Positions 10,777 to 21,023 of a DNA stretch of 64,000 nt are shown here, one piece after another; position 1 is the stretch's first letter; each line of letters opens with the position of its first letter. This DNA is from a virus. The notes beneath the pieces were generated by a model. It saw nothing but the letters and a program-made list of their open reading frames with translations, did no database searches and was not told the origin of the DNA. The stretch spans positions 1 to 64,000 of IMG/VR virus record IMGVR_UViG_3300035670_000145. The stretch is one strand, 5' to 3'. Position numbers and translations under genes: made by a program.

Positions 10777-11180
10777 TACTGCCTGAACTCGGAAACAAGT
10801 TTAACACTGATAGTACTCAAGTCTCTTTGCGTGCTTTCGACAGACGGAGGTTCAGCATACACCCATTCAGTGCTGTCAGCGAAAGGGCTGCCATTTTTCA
10901 GGCCTCGCACTGTCGTAGAGGAAAGGGATAGTCCCGCCCAAACTTCGTCAGGTAAAGCAAAACCAACAGTGGCCCCTTGTTGCGTGTGGTAATGACTGTA
11001 AATTGCATCTAGCGTTGCTTGCTTAACGTTTTCAAATACAAGCTCCAAGGACGCGCCGTAGGGACGATTGCCAAATGAACGTCGAACTGTTTTGCCGGAT
11101 AATGACCGATAAGTCTTGACGGGGTATTCCCCTAAGGAGAAAGAGCGTTGCGTAGGCTTGATTGACGGAAAAGTTGCCAT
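10776..11180 (-). CDS. Distal tail protein (gpM/Dit-like)
   Basis: Immediately after tape measure gene; FPSIKP...WVYAEPPSV. Confidence 0.65.
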   Translation of the reverse strand: MATFPSIKPTQRSFSLGEYPVKTYRSLSGKTVRRSFGNRPYGASLELVFENVKQATLDAIYSHYHTQQGATVGFALPDEVWAGLSLSSTTVRGLKNGSPFADSTEWVYAEPPSVESTQRDLSTISVKLVSEFRQ

Positions 11181-11182
11181 AG

Positions 11183-14100
11183 TTAGCGCATTCCTATGCG
11201 TCGGCGCGTATTAGGACTTTGCTGAAGCTTGTCAATAGCAAGACTTGCGCCTCGCACTGAGCCCTCCTTGACGGCAGCCCTGCGTGTTTCCATCATAGCC
11301 GCCTCTAATTGCTCTCTACTTACATACTCCACTCCATTGATAGAAGTAGTTTCAAAGCTCATAGAAAGGATGGGAGACGATGGGGAAGAGCCGTAATTGC
11401 CTCCCATTTTGTCGCGAATGCTTTCGCCCTGCATTTGCACGGGGATCGAGCGGCCGTCAGGCAGTGGCACAATCGCTTCGTTGTATTTGCCTTCGCCCAC
11501 AAGGCCGAGAGTGGGGCCCTGAACAATTCCTCCATTGGCAAACGCTTGAAAACCGCCTTCCCATACGGCTCCATTAGCTGCAAGTTTGGGCATTTTCAAT
11601 GCATCAGAAAAACTGGTACCGGGAGTGCTGCCAAATGCACCGCTGTAATTTGCGCCCGTACCACCCCCAACGCCTCCCATCACGCCCAAAGCTTTCAAGA
11701 TGATGCCATAAATCATCATTGTGATTTGCTGAGCAATGATTTGCGCGGCCATATCTAGGAAGTGGTCGGCAATGCTTTGCATCATGTTTGCAAGGGCTTC
11801 CTGGGCGCTCATTGATCCAGAGGCAATATCCTTGAAGGCTTGCCCAAAGGCGCTTCCAATTGCTTTCGCACCCTCTACTGCCTGGAATCCCCAGTTTGTA
11901 AGCTTGTCAAGTTCTCCTCTGGCGCTACCAGCAGCATCCTTAATCAAATCCATCGGTCCTTTAGCGGCCTCTCTTGGCACTCCAGCCTCTGCGGCGCTAC
12001 CGGCCTGCGCTATTCCGCCCCTGACTGTCTTTAAGCGTTCAAGCTCTTCTCGAAGTTTTTTAGTTGCCTCGCTAGACCCCTCTCTTGCTTCACGCTCTGT
12101 AATAGCAGTTTCGGCCTGGGAAATGGACAGGTCAAGAGTTTCCATTTGCGCACGCACCAACTTGCGCACTTCTGCAACTTGCCTTGCCCTTTCAGGTAAC
12201 ATGCCTTCCGACATTAAATCTTTGACATCCTTTTCGTAGCGCAATTGCTCGCGCTGGCTAGCAAGCAAATCTTTGATTGGTTGCAAGGCATTTTCACGAA
12301 CGCGCTGCATTTCTTGTTCTAAAGTTAAAGAATTTTGTGCGCTTTTGATGCGTGCCGTTTCAGTGATGCTTTGTTTTTCTTTCTCGCTTTTGGCTTCTTT
12401 CAATGCTTGATTTAACTCGCGCCGAATAGTAAGTTCTTGGCTCGCGAATTCCGCAAAAGTTTTGGCAACAGGGTTAGTGGCTTGCATCACGGACAGCCGC
12501 TGCTGCTCCGCAAATAAAGCATCGGAAGCTGCCTGCGCTTGTTTTGCGATTTCTTCGGCCAAGCGCTTGGCCTCGTTGGCCGCTTTATCGGCCTTTGCTT
12601 TTGCTGCTTTTCCGTTTCCACCACCTATAGGTATATTGCCCAACGCTCCTCCCGCTTGTCGCTGCGCAAGTTGAGCCTGGGTCGGATTAAGCCTGGCCCC
12701 CGTCAAAACGGCCTCTTGGACTTGCTGCATTGCAAGTCTTGCTCTCAGCTCCTCGTCGCGGCCAGTAATCAATCCTCGCGCAGCCCCAAGCGGGCCGGAG
12801 AATTGCGCAAGCTCCTTTCTTGCTTGAACTTGGGATCTCCTATTCACAATAATGCGACTATTTACTTCTTCCCTGCTCAGTCCCTTGACTTGTTTTTGAT
12901 ACTCCTTAGAGCTAAATCCAGCTATATCATCAAGAGATTTTTTAAGTCGATCAATTTCCGACATTCCACTTATGGCCACCTCAATAGCAATTGCAATGAG
13001 GCCAAATCTGGCAAGCCCAACCAATGCCACTTTTAATGCAGTCACTGGTCCAGTCGCGGCAGTAGCGGCACCCGCAAGTAATCCCATTTGGACTTTAGTG
13101 CCAGCCAGTTGAGTGTTTGCGATAGTTGCAGACCTACTTACTGCAATAAATTGAGCATTAAGAGCAATAAATTTGGAAACTGTTGCGCCAATGCTGGCAA
13201 CAAGTCCCAAAAGAATTTTGCCCCCTAACATGGTAAAGACAGTGTTGACCAGTAAAACATTGGCGTATATTTTTAGTAGAAATCCAGTAACTGGATTGCC
13301 AGCAATACTTGCCAAAACTTTGCCAACATTCAACAGGATATTTCCAAAGAGCTGAAATGCGGGAACTAGCTCCCGGAGGTTTTGGCCGATACCTTCTAGC
13401 GATGGCCTGAGCTGGGCCAGTTCTTTTGCAAGAGCAGCGCCTCCTGCGGTCTTGGCCTGAGTACCAGTAAAAAATGTATTAAAACCGTCCGTGACAACTT
13501 TAATTCCATTGGTAAGCGGCACAACGACGCTATTCAAAAAACCAACCGCCACCGGCTCGAAGCTTTCATATAAAAGCTTCATTGAATTTTGAAGTCGATT
13601 AATTACACCTTGGAATGTTAAAGCAGCTCCTTCCGCACCCGCGCCAAATTCTTTCCGCATGATGACGCCAACATTCAAAAGCAATTGCTTCATGGCGTCG
13701 CCTTTGTATGCTCCATCTTCAAGAGCTTTGGAAAACTTAGAGATGGCTTCGGGGCCCTTGAACCCAGCGGCTTCTGTAAATATCGCCATTGCGCCTGGTA
13801 ATACGTCGCCCAGTTGCCCTTTAAGCTCTTCGCTCATTACTTGGCCTTTGCTGGCCATTTGAGCAAATGCGTAGTTAACTCGATCAACTTTATCCGCGCT
13901 CATTCCAAATGTTGCGGCCGCCTGGCTGATTCCAGTAAACAGCCCTCGAATTTCTTCTCCCTTAAATCCGGCAGGGCTCATCGAAGCGTAAAGCTTCGTG
14001 AAACCATCGCGTGCGGACTGCAATGGAATGTTATATCGATCAACGATGCTAAGAATGAATTCGTTTGAAATTGCGGCCTCTCTGGCTGTTGGCGAAATGG

Positions 14101-15649
14101 CAGACAAAGTGTTTCTAAAGCTTTGTAACTGCCCCACTGCCGCCCCTACTTGAGAGGGAAAATCTTGCAAGAAAGCAAGTAATTTATAGGCTTGCCCAAA
14201 CAACAACACTTGTTTTGTGGCAAAAGCAAACTCAGAGCCAAGCTCTCTAATCATTCCAGAGCCAGGAAGCCTCATATTTGCAAATGCGCGGGCAAACTCG
14301 CCAGCTCCTCCGCCCCCACTGGGAGGGCGGCCGCCGCCACCTCCTCCGGTGCCACCGCCGCCACCGCTGCGTGGCTGTGGCACAATTGCCCCAGGGGCAG
14401 CATAGGGAACAATGGAAGAAAGCGGACGAGGGGATCTGTATGCATAGCCATAAGGAGAAGGAGTTCGCACTCCTGCGCCCGCCATTACATCGGCTTCTCG
14501 AAGCGCCGACCGCATACGTGCTTTTCTTTCACGACGCGCAAGCATCTCTTGGCGACTTTCCCCATCGCGCTCCAAGCGTCCAGTAGCGTAAGAGGAAGGT
14601 GTTCGTCCCACGCCCGGAGGAAGCAAGCCCGCGATGCGACCAGGGGCTAATGCCGCTCGTACTGTATTGCCAAGATCTTTTACGTTGACACTGCGAATGG
14701 CCGCGTTCAACTCGGTGCGCACGGCATCAACAAAAGAATTAGCAGCGTTGCGCAATGCGTCTTTTAATGCCGGAGAAAGAATATCTCCAGTCAATCTTTT
14801 TTGACTGGCAAAACTAGCACCAGGAAGTTCCGCGAACGATCGACCAGCCGGCAGCGCTCGCGATGAAACTGTCGAAACTCCAACAGGAGTGGGCCTAGTC
14901 GCCGTCCAATTAATCTCTGGGAGTCTTCTTCGTTCTGCTTCTCTTGCTCGAATGGCAGCAGGATCAACGCCAGCCATAAAGAATATTGCACGAGCAATTT
15001 GGTCAAGCAAAGTGCGCTGAGGCTGAACCCCGCCAGGTTCTCTCATCCGCATTTCCATGCCAGACGCAGTCTTCCCGACCATGCCCTGCGTGCGCATGTA
15101 CTCCATAAGATTCAGAAAATCTTGTGGTGGCGCAGAACCACTGGCGGCTCCTTTGACATTTGCCTTGACGTTTACGCTGATGTCCCCTAACGATTCCTTT
15201 ACAGCCCTCTTGAAATCCGCAACATCAGCTTTGGTGATTGACGGTTTAATGCTGACGGGAATGCGAATTTTACCACCAGTGTCCTCTAATGCGCTTGATC
15301 GAATGGTTCTATAAATATCGGCTACGACAGATTTAGCGTCTTTCTGTGTTGTTCCGTTTTTGACAGAAACCCCAATGGCAATTTTTTCGTTTGCAAGTAG
15401 TGCCAGGCTGGTCTTTGCTGTTTCGAGGCGCCTGGCAAGCCCTTCCAACTGAGAATCGTTAATTTTTAAGCGAATTTCTTTGCCGAGATCTTTTAACTGT
15501 CTGTCAAGCTTTTGCTTGTTAATTGAAAGATTGATTGGGTAATATTGGGCAGACGCGGCTTTTGATGCTTGGGCTAATTGTGCGCGAAAGCCTGCGAGAT
15601 CAAGCGTAACGCCAAGCTGAAGACGAACATCACCTGCGCCCGCTGCCAT
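11183..15649 (-). CDS. Tape measure protein
   Basis: 1488 aa; AFAQMASKGQVMSEELKGQLGD tape-measure core; FANGGIVQGPT...GEG...EAIVPL C-terminus. Confidence 0.95.
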   Translation of the reverse strand: MAAGAGDVRLQLGVTLDLAGFRAQLAQASKAASAQYYPINLSINKQKLDRQLKDLGKEIRLKINDSQLEGLARRLETAKTSLALLANEKIAIGVSVKNGTTQKDAKSVVADIYRTIRSSALEDTGGKIRIPVSIKPSITKADVADFKRAVKESLGDISVNVKANVKGAASGSAPPQDFLNLMEYMRTQGMVGKTASGMEMRMREPGGVQPQRTLLDQIARAIFFMAGVDPAAIRAREAERRRLPEINWTATRPTPVGVSTVSSRALPAGRSFAELPGASFASQKRLTGDILSPALKDALRNAANSFVDAVRTELNAAIRSVNVKDLGNTVRAALAPGRIAGLLPPGVGRTPSSYATGRLERDGESRQEMLARRERKARMRSALREADVMAGAGVRTPSPYGYAYRSPRPLSSIVPYAAPGAIVPQPRSGGGGGTGGGGGGRPPSGGGGAGEFARAFANMRLPGSGMIRELGSEFAFATKQVLLFGQAYKLLAFLQDFPSQVGAAVGQLQSFRNTLSAISPTAREAAISNEFILSIVDRYNIPLQSARDGFTKLYASMSPAGFKGEEIRGLFTGISQAAATFGMSADKVDRVNYAFAQMASKGQVMSEELKGQLGDVLPGAMAIFTEAAGFKGPEAISKFSKALEDGAYKGDAMKQLLLNVGVIMRKEFGAGAEGAALTFQGVINRLQNSMKLLYESFEPVAVGFLNSVVVPLTNGIKVVTDGFNTFFTGTQAKTAGGAALAKELAQLRPSLEGIGQNLRELVPAFQLFGNILLNVGKVLASIAGNPVTGFLLKIYANVLLVNTVFTMLGGKILLGLVASIGATVSKFIALNAQFIAVSRSATIANTQLAGTKVQMGLLAGAATAATGPVTALKVALVGLARFGLIAIAIEVAISGMSEIDRLKKSLDDIAGFSSKEYQKQVKGLSREEVNSRIIVNRRSQVQARKELAQFSGPLGAARGLITGRDEELRARLAMQQVQEAVLTGARLNPTQAQLAQRQAGGALGNIPIGGGNGKAAKAKADKAANEAKRLAEEIAKQAQAASDALFAEQQRLSVMQATNPVAKTFAEFASQELTIRRELNQALKEAKSEKEKQSITETARIKSAQNSLTLEQEMQRVRENALQPIKDLLASQREQLRYEKDVKDLMSEGMLPERARQVAEVRKLVRAQMETLDLSISQAETAITEREAREGSSEATKKLREELERLKTVRGGIAQAGSAAEAGVPREAAKGPMDLIKDAAGSARGELDKLTNWGFQAVEGAKAIGSAFGQAFKDIASGSMSAQEALANMMQSIADHFLDMAAQIIAQQITMMIYGIILKALGVMGGVGGGTGANYSGAFGSTPGTSFSDALKMPKLAANGAVWEGGFQAFANGGIVQGPTLGLVGEGKYNEAIVPLPDGRSIPVQMQGESIRDKMGGNYGSSPSSPILSMSFETTSINGVEYVSREQLEAAMMETRRAAVKEGSVRGASLAIDKLQQSPNTRRRIGMR

Positions 15650-15687
15650 TGTATTTCAAGTACTATTATTTTGCATTGTAGCCAATG

Positions 15688-16095
15688 TCAAGCTTGCTCA
15701 CGCATTGACGCAGTTTTGATTTCGTCAGCGAGCATGCCAACAACTCGCCCATCCATTTTCTTGGTTTTTAGTAAACGATGGAGAACGGCAATGCTTTGCG
15801 GCGTGATTCCTTGCTCTTTTTCGATAAGTTTTGCATCGAATGGCAGAAAATCAGTTGGCTTCACTTGGCTTTTTTTGCCGTTTATCATTCCAGCAACCAT
15901 TGTCCCCAGCTTTGCTATGGCAATGCTGTTGATGTTGTGCTTGGCAATATCATGCTTTTCTAAATACTTCAGAGCGGCCTTGACATCCGCCACTGGCTGC
16001 TTTGCGAAATTTGCTGCAGTCCATCGTTCATCGTTGAAGTCGGAAGAGACAAGGCGAAAATAAAGTTCATTCCAATTGGTCAGACTTTTTAGCAA
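15688..16095 (-). CDS. Tail assembly chaperone T segment (probably made as G-T frameshift fusion)
   Basis: Weak TTG start; frame is open back to the A8 run at 16151-16158. Confidence 0.75.
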   Translation of the reverse strand: MLKSLTNWNELYFRLVSSDFNDERWTAANFAKQPVADVKAALKYLEKHDIAKHNINSIAIAKLGTMVAGMINGKKSQVKPTDFLPFDAKLIEKEQGITPQSIAVLHRLLKTKKMDGRVVGMLADEIKTASMREQA

Positions 16096-16112
16096 TAGCC
16101 TTGCCTCATGCT

Positions 16113-16661
16113 CTAGGCGTTCTGCTGCTGAGGAGAATTCCTCTTTGGGGTTTTTTTTGCTGTATTGTTTGCCTCCTTCATTTCTGCTTCTTGTTCTGCG
16201 GAAATGAATTCAACCACCTTTGAGATGATGGCACGGGGCAGTCCTTTAGTGTCCTCAACGTCCCAGTCGGCCAAATCGCGCCACTCGTCATCAATCAAGC
16301 CTTGCCCTCGCGATCGAATGAAGGCGGTAACCATCCGAGCGTTTGTGGCCTCTACTGACGTGCCACTAGTGATCATGCCAAGGGTTTCCTCGGTAAAGTC
16401 GGACAATAGCTCGGCCTCAGTGATAGCGCCTCCACCTTGCAACAAGCTAAAGGCTTCGTCAAGAGGAATGTCTTTAGCAGTAGCAATGCGTTTTGCCAGT
16501 TGAACAGCACGGATTGTCGCTTGACTTTGCAGCTTGCTGATTTCTTCTTGTTCAATTGCCTCTGCAACTAGCCACCCGCCGTATTTTTTCATGCGAATGT
16601 CGGGCAAAAGTTCAAAATAATCAGTTGCCTTGGTTTCGAGGAGGAAGCTGTATTTGCTCAT
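16113..16661 (-). CDS. Tail assembly chaperone (gpG-like)
   Basis: Upstream of tape measure gene; ends past GCA-AAA-AAA slippery site; ATG 16661 preferred. Confidence 0.75.
   Translation of the reverse strand: MSKYSFLLETKATDYFELLPDIRMKKYGGWLVAEAIEQEEISKLQSQATIRAVQLAKRIATAKDIPLDEAFSLLQGGGAITEAELLSDFTEETLGMITSGTSVEATNARMVTAFIRSRGQGLIDDEWRDLADWDVEDTKGLPRAIISKVVEFISAEQEAEMKEANNTAKKTPKRNSPQQQNA
16151..16158 (-). other. Programmed -1 frameshift site A AAA AAA
   Basis: -1 shift gives KKNPKEEFSSAAERLEHEARLLLKSLTNW, joining the two chaperone ORFs. Confidence 0.8.
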
Positions 16662-16887
16662 GGCGAAGGATGTTAAGGACAACATTAAAGGCTTTCACTC
16701 TCTCATGATTAGAGCGCACCTCTTGAGGAAGCTCTACCAGAAAAGCGTGATTTTCATTGCAGATTCTAATAGTGAGCTCGCTGCAGGAAATAAGACAAAG
16801 GATGCCCACTTCCATGGCCGACTGCTGAACTGTGCAATTGATGGCATGCACCTTGCCGTCTTCACTTGCCAGTAGATCAATTTGCAT
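16621..16887 (-). CDS. Hypothetical protein (88 aa)
   Basis: Fills the operon gap with short overlaps on both sides. Confidence 0.6.
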   Translation of the reverse strand: MQIDLLASEDGKVHAINCTVQQSAMEVGILCLISCSELTIRICNENHAFLVELPQEVRSNHERVKAFNVVLNILRHEQIQLPPRNQGN

Positions 16888-17332
16888 GAAGCGAGTCTAA
16901 GGCCTTTTGCACCTGGCGAACTAGCGCCATTCCCGGTGCTTTTCTTAAAAAAGAAGATGCAATGGCGATATCATCAGTGAATGGACGAGCCTTTGTAAGC
17001 TTTGTTCCATAGTGAACATAATAAGCATACTCTTGCCCTGATGAGTTAACGGCTCCCCAGCGCCAACTAGCCTCTGCCTTGGCGCTGTTTTTAGAAAAAG
17101 AATATTCTTTGCTGTCGTACAACGTACCGAGATCGTAGATATCCCGAGGGCTTCCAACGGTCTCTCCATTGCGGCGCCGTGTCTCACCAGACCAGCGCCA
17201 TTTACCCGTGTCCCTAAATTGATCATCCCAATGGGCATCATCAATGTCCTCTTCTGCCCATTTTTGAAAAGCATTTCCCAGTGCCGCTATTAGCTTTTCT
17301 GAATTAATTATTCTTGCGGGAACGTTTTTCAT
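16877..17332 (-). CDS. Neck protein (HK97 gp10-like)
   Basis: RDIYDLGTL, YAYYVHYGT, ARPF motifs. Confidence 0.7.
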   Translation of the reverse strand: MKNVPARIINSEKLIAALGNAFQKWAEEDIDDAHWDDQFRDTGKWRWSGETRRRNGETVGSPRDIYDLGTLYDSKEYSFSKNSAKAEASWRWGAVNSSGQEYAYYVHYGTKLTKARPFTDDIAIASSFLRKAPGMALVRQVQKALDSLHAN

Positions 17333-17736
17333 GCTGTAATTAACCTCCGAATTTCTCTATCGGGAATAATAATACGACAACGCTCATAGGCAACATCATC
17401 CCCAGGTAAGTAGCGAAAATCTGCATCAGGAAAGCGCCTGCTCATCCTGTCCATTGCAGAAGCAATTTCAGAGCCGTCAGGATTGTATTGCATCAGCACC
17501 ACTTCCCATTGCTGTAGCACGTCCACAACTCCTACGCCAGCCCTAGGAAGCACTTCTGGGTATTGTCGCATTGTCACTTCCAGTCCCGTCACCTTCCATT
17601 CAGAAGGCACGCTTTTTTGTCCCACCACATACACAGCGGGAACAGTGGTACCATTCGGAAAAATATACGAGCCGATTAAATTAGGGCTAGCGCTCAAGAG
17701 CGTTGTAATTACATCTCGCAACTGTGAAATGTTCAC
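17329..17736 (-). CDS. Tail completion/terminator-like protein
   Basis: Size and synteny only. Confidence 0.5.
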   Translation of the reverse strand: MNISQLRDVITTLLSASPNLIGSYIFPNGTTVPAVYVVGQKSVPSEWKVTGLEVTMRQYPEVLPRAGVGVVDVLQQWEVVLMQYNPDGSEIASAMDRMSRRFPDADFRYLPGDDVAYERCRIIIPDREIRRLITA

Positions 17737-17739
17737 AAT

Positions 17740-17765
17740 AAAAAAGCCTGCCGTATAGGCAGGCT
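17740..17765 (-). terminator. Rho-independent terminator after tail tube gene
   Basis: AGCCTGCC-TATAC-GGCAGGCT followed by a T run on the minus strand. Confidence 0.75.
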
Positions 17766-17791
17766 AGCAAAGAAACAATGGGAAAGAGCAA

Positions 17792-18370
17792 TCAGCTATT
17801 GGGAGCCGAAGGAATCAGGCTTCCAGTGTTTTCAGCGTTCTGGTGGATGCCAATGCGACCACGGCTGATAATGTCAAAAGTTACTTCGACAAGATTGTCA
17901 GCAGGATAGCTTTCGTTGTAATTCATCACTCGACCCGTGTAAGCCACGCGATCGTAGTAATAGGTGGTGCCGGAAGCGCCCAGTTGCTTATTGATCTCCA
18001 CATAAACTTCGCTGTTCTTGTTGTAGCGCGAAGCACTAATCACCTGGAAAGCTTCATCAAAGCTGTTTGGCAGGAACACCGTGCCATCGACATCTTTCTG
18101 GAAGTAGGAAGTAATCGAGGCAGTCGCTTGAGAGGTGACAATAACGCTGTCAGAGAAGCCGCCGCCGCCCAGGAGGTAGAACTCAGTGTTGCCGTCGTTA
18201 AAGGCCACAGAAGCCGTTGTAGCGGCTTGCAGGGTGTAGAGGGTAGGAGCGCCGCTAACCGTGAATGTAGCGCCGCTCTGCGTGATTACAGGGCGAGCAG
18301 TGCCGTCGATGGAGCCAACACGCACAATAACGTCCTGGCTTTTCACTAGCTCAGTGGGATGATAGAGCAT
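17792..18370 (-). CDS. Major tail tube protein
   Basis: 192 aa, beta-rich; strongly biased codons; followed by terminator; NESYPADNLVEVTFD motif. Confidence 0.75.
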   Translation of the reverse strand: MLYHPTELVKSQDVIVRVGSIDGTARPVITQSGATFTVSGAPTLYTLQAATTASVAFNDGNTEFYLLGGGGFSDSVIVTSQATASITSYFQKDVDGTVFLPNSFDEAFQVISASRYNKNSEVYVEINKQLGASGTTYYYDRVAYTGRVMNYNESYPADNLVEVTFDIISRGRIGIHQNAENTGSLIPSAPNS

Positions 18371-18405
18371 TTGAAGATCCTCAATGGAGAGAAAGTGTTT
18401 TAGCG

Positions 18406-18795
18406 TCAGGCGTTCTGTACGCTTCCTTTGCCAACCAGTCTAAAAATACCTCTGATCGGCGTGCCGAGAAATTGCCAATAATGCTCAGCAATTTGTTCAT
18501 TTGGCAATAGCTCAAACCGTCCTTCTCTCCCATTGATTGTTGCAGCAGCAGAGGTTCCAGGAGTGATACCAGAAAGGGCCAATGGTCCAGTCAATCGTCC
18601 CTCCATGTAAACGGCTGTATTATCTGCACCGAGCAAATAATCAAACCGTGGGTTCTGCTTTTGCTTCAGGCTCGCGTAATATGTGACGCCAGTGGAGGTA
18701 GCCACATAATTATCAGTGCCGCTTTCAACCACGTAGCCCGATGCAACTTGCCAAACCAAAGTGGCATTAGCAAGAGGAGCGAGCACGTTGGTCAT
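18406..18795 (-). CDS. Head closure/stopper-like protein
   Basis: Follows the adaptor gene; size. Confidence 0.5.
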   Translation of the reverse strand: MTNVLAPLANATLVWQVASGYVVESGTDNYVATSTGVTYYASLKQKQNPRFDYLLGADNTAVYMEGRLTGPLALSGITPGTSAAATINGREGRFELLPNEQIAEHYWQFLGTPIRGIFRLVGKGSVQNA

Positions 18796-19106
18796 ACGAC
18801 GAAACCAATGGAAGAAGCACCAGCGACGGTTTCAAGCATTCGTTTGAACTCTTGGCCATACTGAGTGGCTTCGAGCCCTTTGCCATAAACCTTGCCCTCT
18901 GTAGCTCCAATTTGGATGCCCATTTGAGCAAGTTGAATGGCAATAATGTGAGCAGCAAGATGCTTAACAGCTCGGTCAGTTTGACTGCCAAACACATCAG
19001 CACTTGCGTCTGCTGTTGCCTCGTCGATGGCCCCATTCACAATTCCTGATGGATGAGGGGTGAATTCGGGGAAGCGGTCAAGAAAATTGGCGTAGGTGAC
19101 GGTCAT
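18792..19106 (-). CDS. Head-tail adaptor (DUF4054-like)
   Basis: FLDRFPEF...LAAH...TQYGQEF signature. Confidence 0.8.
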   Translation of the reverse strand: MTVTYANFLDRFPEFTPHPSGIVNGAIDEATADASADVFGSQTDRAVKHLAAHIIAIQLAQMGIQIGATEGKVYGKGLEATQYGQEFKRMLETVAGASSIGFVV

Positions 19107-19108
19107 GA

Positions 19109-19495
19109 TCAGACCTGCCCTGCGCGAATGGCTTCAAGACGCTTGTTAATGGCGTTACGGATGCGCACTCGCCCTTCTGCCTTTTTCCAATCCTGGAGCT
19201 GATCTTCATCGTGCATAATTTCAATCATGCGCAATGCATCAGTAAGAGGCAGTTGAGCGAGCGTGGACACTTTTGTCGGAATGTCCTGCACCGTAGGGGT
19301 GTCTTTCAGCTCTTCAATGGCGCCAATCGCCATGAGACGTTTGACAGTGCCATTGTTGCGTGCCTGAGCCCACTTGGTCTCTGGCACGTCTGAATTTACC
19401 CCTGGACTGAGCTGGATCATCCCAGCATCAGTGATAACACCAAGACCACCTTCGCGAGGCGGGTTTTCGAGGTCGGGGCGATAAGCAATCAACAT
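19109..19495 (-). CDS. Hypothetical head-associated protein
   Basis: Directly after capsid gene; LSPGVN and EGRVRIRNAI motifs. Confidence 0.65.
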   Translation of the reverse strand: MLIAYRPDLENPPREGGLGVITDAGMIQLSPGVNSDVPETKWAQARNNGTVKRLMAIGAIEELKDTPTVQDIPTKVSTLAQLPLTDALRMIEIMHDEDQLQDWKKAEGRVRIRNAINKRLEAIRAGQV

Positions 19496-19539
19496 AGTGT
19501 TCAAAGGAACTGCTTTCAAGCTTAACGCCCCAATTACGC

Positions 19540-20445
19540 TCAGTTATCCTGCACGTAAATGACGCTCTTGGGATAGTAGAGAGCCACGCCACCAACGCGA
19601 GCATGGGCGGGAACAATGAATTCCAGACCACGCTGCTGGGGCGGGAACAGCTCAAGAGGTTGAGGGATGTGCAGTTGCACCTTGCCGGGATCGCGCTTGT
19701 AGACGACCATGCGGTTTTTGCCAATCGAGCTATTAGCACCGGCGAGCTGGTTAATGGGCTCGACGTTGCGGATGTAGGGATTGGTGCGCAGGAAATATTC
19801 CAGGACGGTCACGTCCGAAGAATCGCTATTGCGGGTGGTGCTCACCTTGTTATAGTCCTCATAAGCCATGAGGATGGTGTCAGGCTCTTCCTTCATTTTC
19901 GAGGCGCTGATGATGGCAGTCACGCCATAGTTCAGCAGCTCGAGCATGTCCTGAGCAGTAGTGCCACTATCAGTGAACCACTTGTCAGCGATGACGAGAT
20001 CAACCGTCGAATTATTGAAGAAGCCGGCCAGGCCCACCGAGGACTCACCGAACATTGCCACTGCTTCAACCTTCTCTTCGTAAGCACGACGAACGGCATT
20101 AGCACGGCGCTGCTCAAGAGCAATGTTTGCCATTTGAGCGGCACGCAGTTCCTGAACGGTGTAGCCAAAGCTGCCCCCGAAAGAGCGAATATTGATGCTC
20201 TTTTCGGTTTGGCTGATGTCGGCACGAGGCAGATCATCGGCGGCGTCAGCAATCAGACGGAATTCACCCGTGGCATCCATGATGCGGTAGGTGAAAGTTT
20301 GTGCACCAGGGCCAGCTTCGCTGGTCACAGGCAGAATAGTAGGGTACTTGATGTCAGCGTAGGTGACTTCAAACACTTGCGGGCGAATGTACTCAAGCTG
20401 ACGCTCAAGAAACAGACCCGCTTCATCCATGCGAAAATCAGACAT
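19540..20445 (-). CDS. Major capsid protein (DUF2184-like, HK97 fold)
   Basis: FLERQLEYI, FGYTVQELRAA, ARVGGV..YYP motifs; biased codons. Confidence 0.9.
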   Translation of the reverse strand: MSDFRMDEAGLFLERQLEYIRPQVFEVTYADIKYPTILPVTSEAGPGAQTFTYRIMDATGEFRLIADAADDLPRADISQTEKSINIRSFGGSFGYTVQELRAAQMANIALEQRRANAVRRAYEEKVEAVAMFGESSVGLAGFFNNSTVDLVIADKWFTDSGTTAQDMLELLNYGVTAIISASKMKEEPDTILMAYEDYNKVSTTRNSDSSDVTVLEYFLRTNPYIRNVEPINQLAGANSSIGKNRMVVYKRDPGKVQLHIPQPLELFPPQQRGLEFIVPAHARVGGVALYYPKSVIYVQDN

Positions 20446-20459
20446 TGGAGGGCCTCCTA

Positions 20460-21020
20460 TCAGGTGTCAGCGGTGAGGGTGAACGAAGGACCGTTCAGCT
20501 CAACGATCGCCAGGCCGGAGCCGGTGACAGAAGTGAGATAACGGGCATTCGACAAGAGAGCAGACTTGTTCGCAATGGCTTCGCCAGTGAACTGACCTGC
20601 ATACTTGACGCCAGTGGCAGTGTGAATGACGCGCACTGCAGTGGCAGGGGTGACATCGCCGTGAACATACACAGCAACAGCGCCTTCATTAGCAACGTTC
20701 AGCACTTGTTCATTCTTCACGCCGGGACGGCTATTGGAGTCAAGAGCGGTCTCGTCCACGTAGGTGAGAACGTTCAGGCCAACAACGGTTTCGCCCGTGT
20801 CGCCGAGAGTCTTAGCAGAATTAGCAACGGTGCCGCCGCTGGCATAAGCAACGACATTGCCGAAAGCAATGACAGCATCCGTCTCGTTGACGTAGGTGCC
20901 AATGGTGTTGTCGCGAATGTCGGACAGTTGGCCTTCCAGGAGGGCGGTCAGCTCAAGAGCGTAGCTCTGCTGAACACCACCTGCAGCAGCCGTGCCCGAA
21001 GGGGTGAAAGTAACGGCCAT
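20460..21020 (-). CDS. Capsid decoration/cement protein
   Basis: Between scaffold and capsid genes; IAFG..V, NVANEGAVAV. Confidence 0.75.
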   Translation of the reverse strand: MAVTFTPSGTAAAGGVQQSYALELTALLEGQLSDIRDNTIGTYVNETDAVIAFGNVVAYASGGTVANSAKTLGDTGETVVGLNVLTYVDETALDSNSRPGVKNEQVLNVANEGAVAVYVHGDVTPATAVRVIHTATGVKYAGQFTGEAIANKSALLSNARYLTSVTGSGLAIVELNGPSFTLTADT

Positions 21021-21023
21021 GGA

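Noticed and set aside
19540-20445. Encapsulin
   Set aside because: It lies in a complete phage head module.
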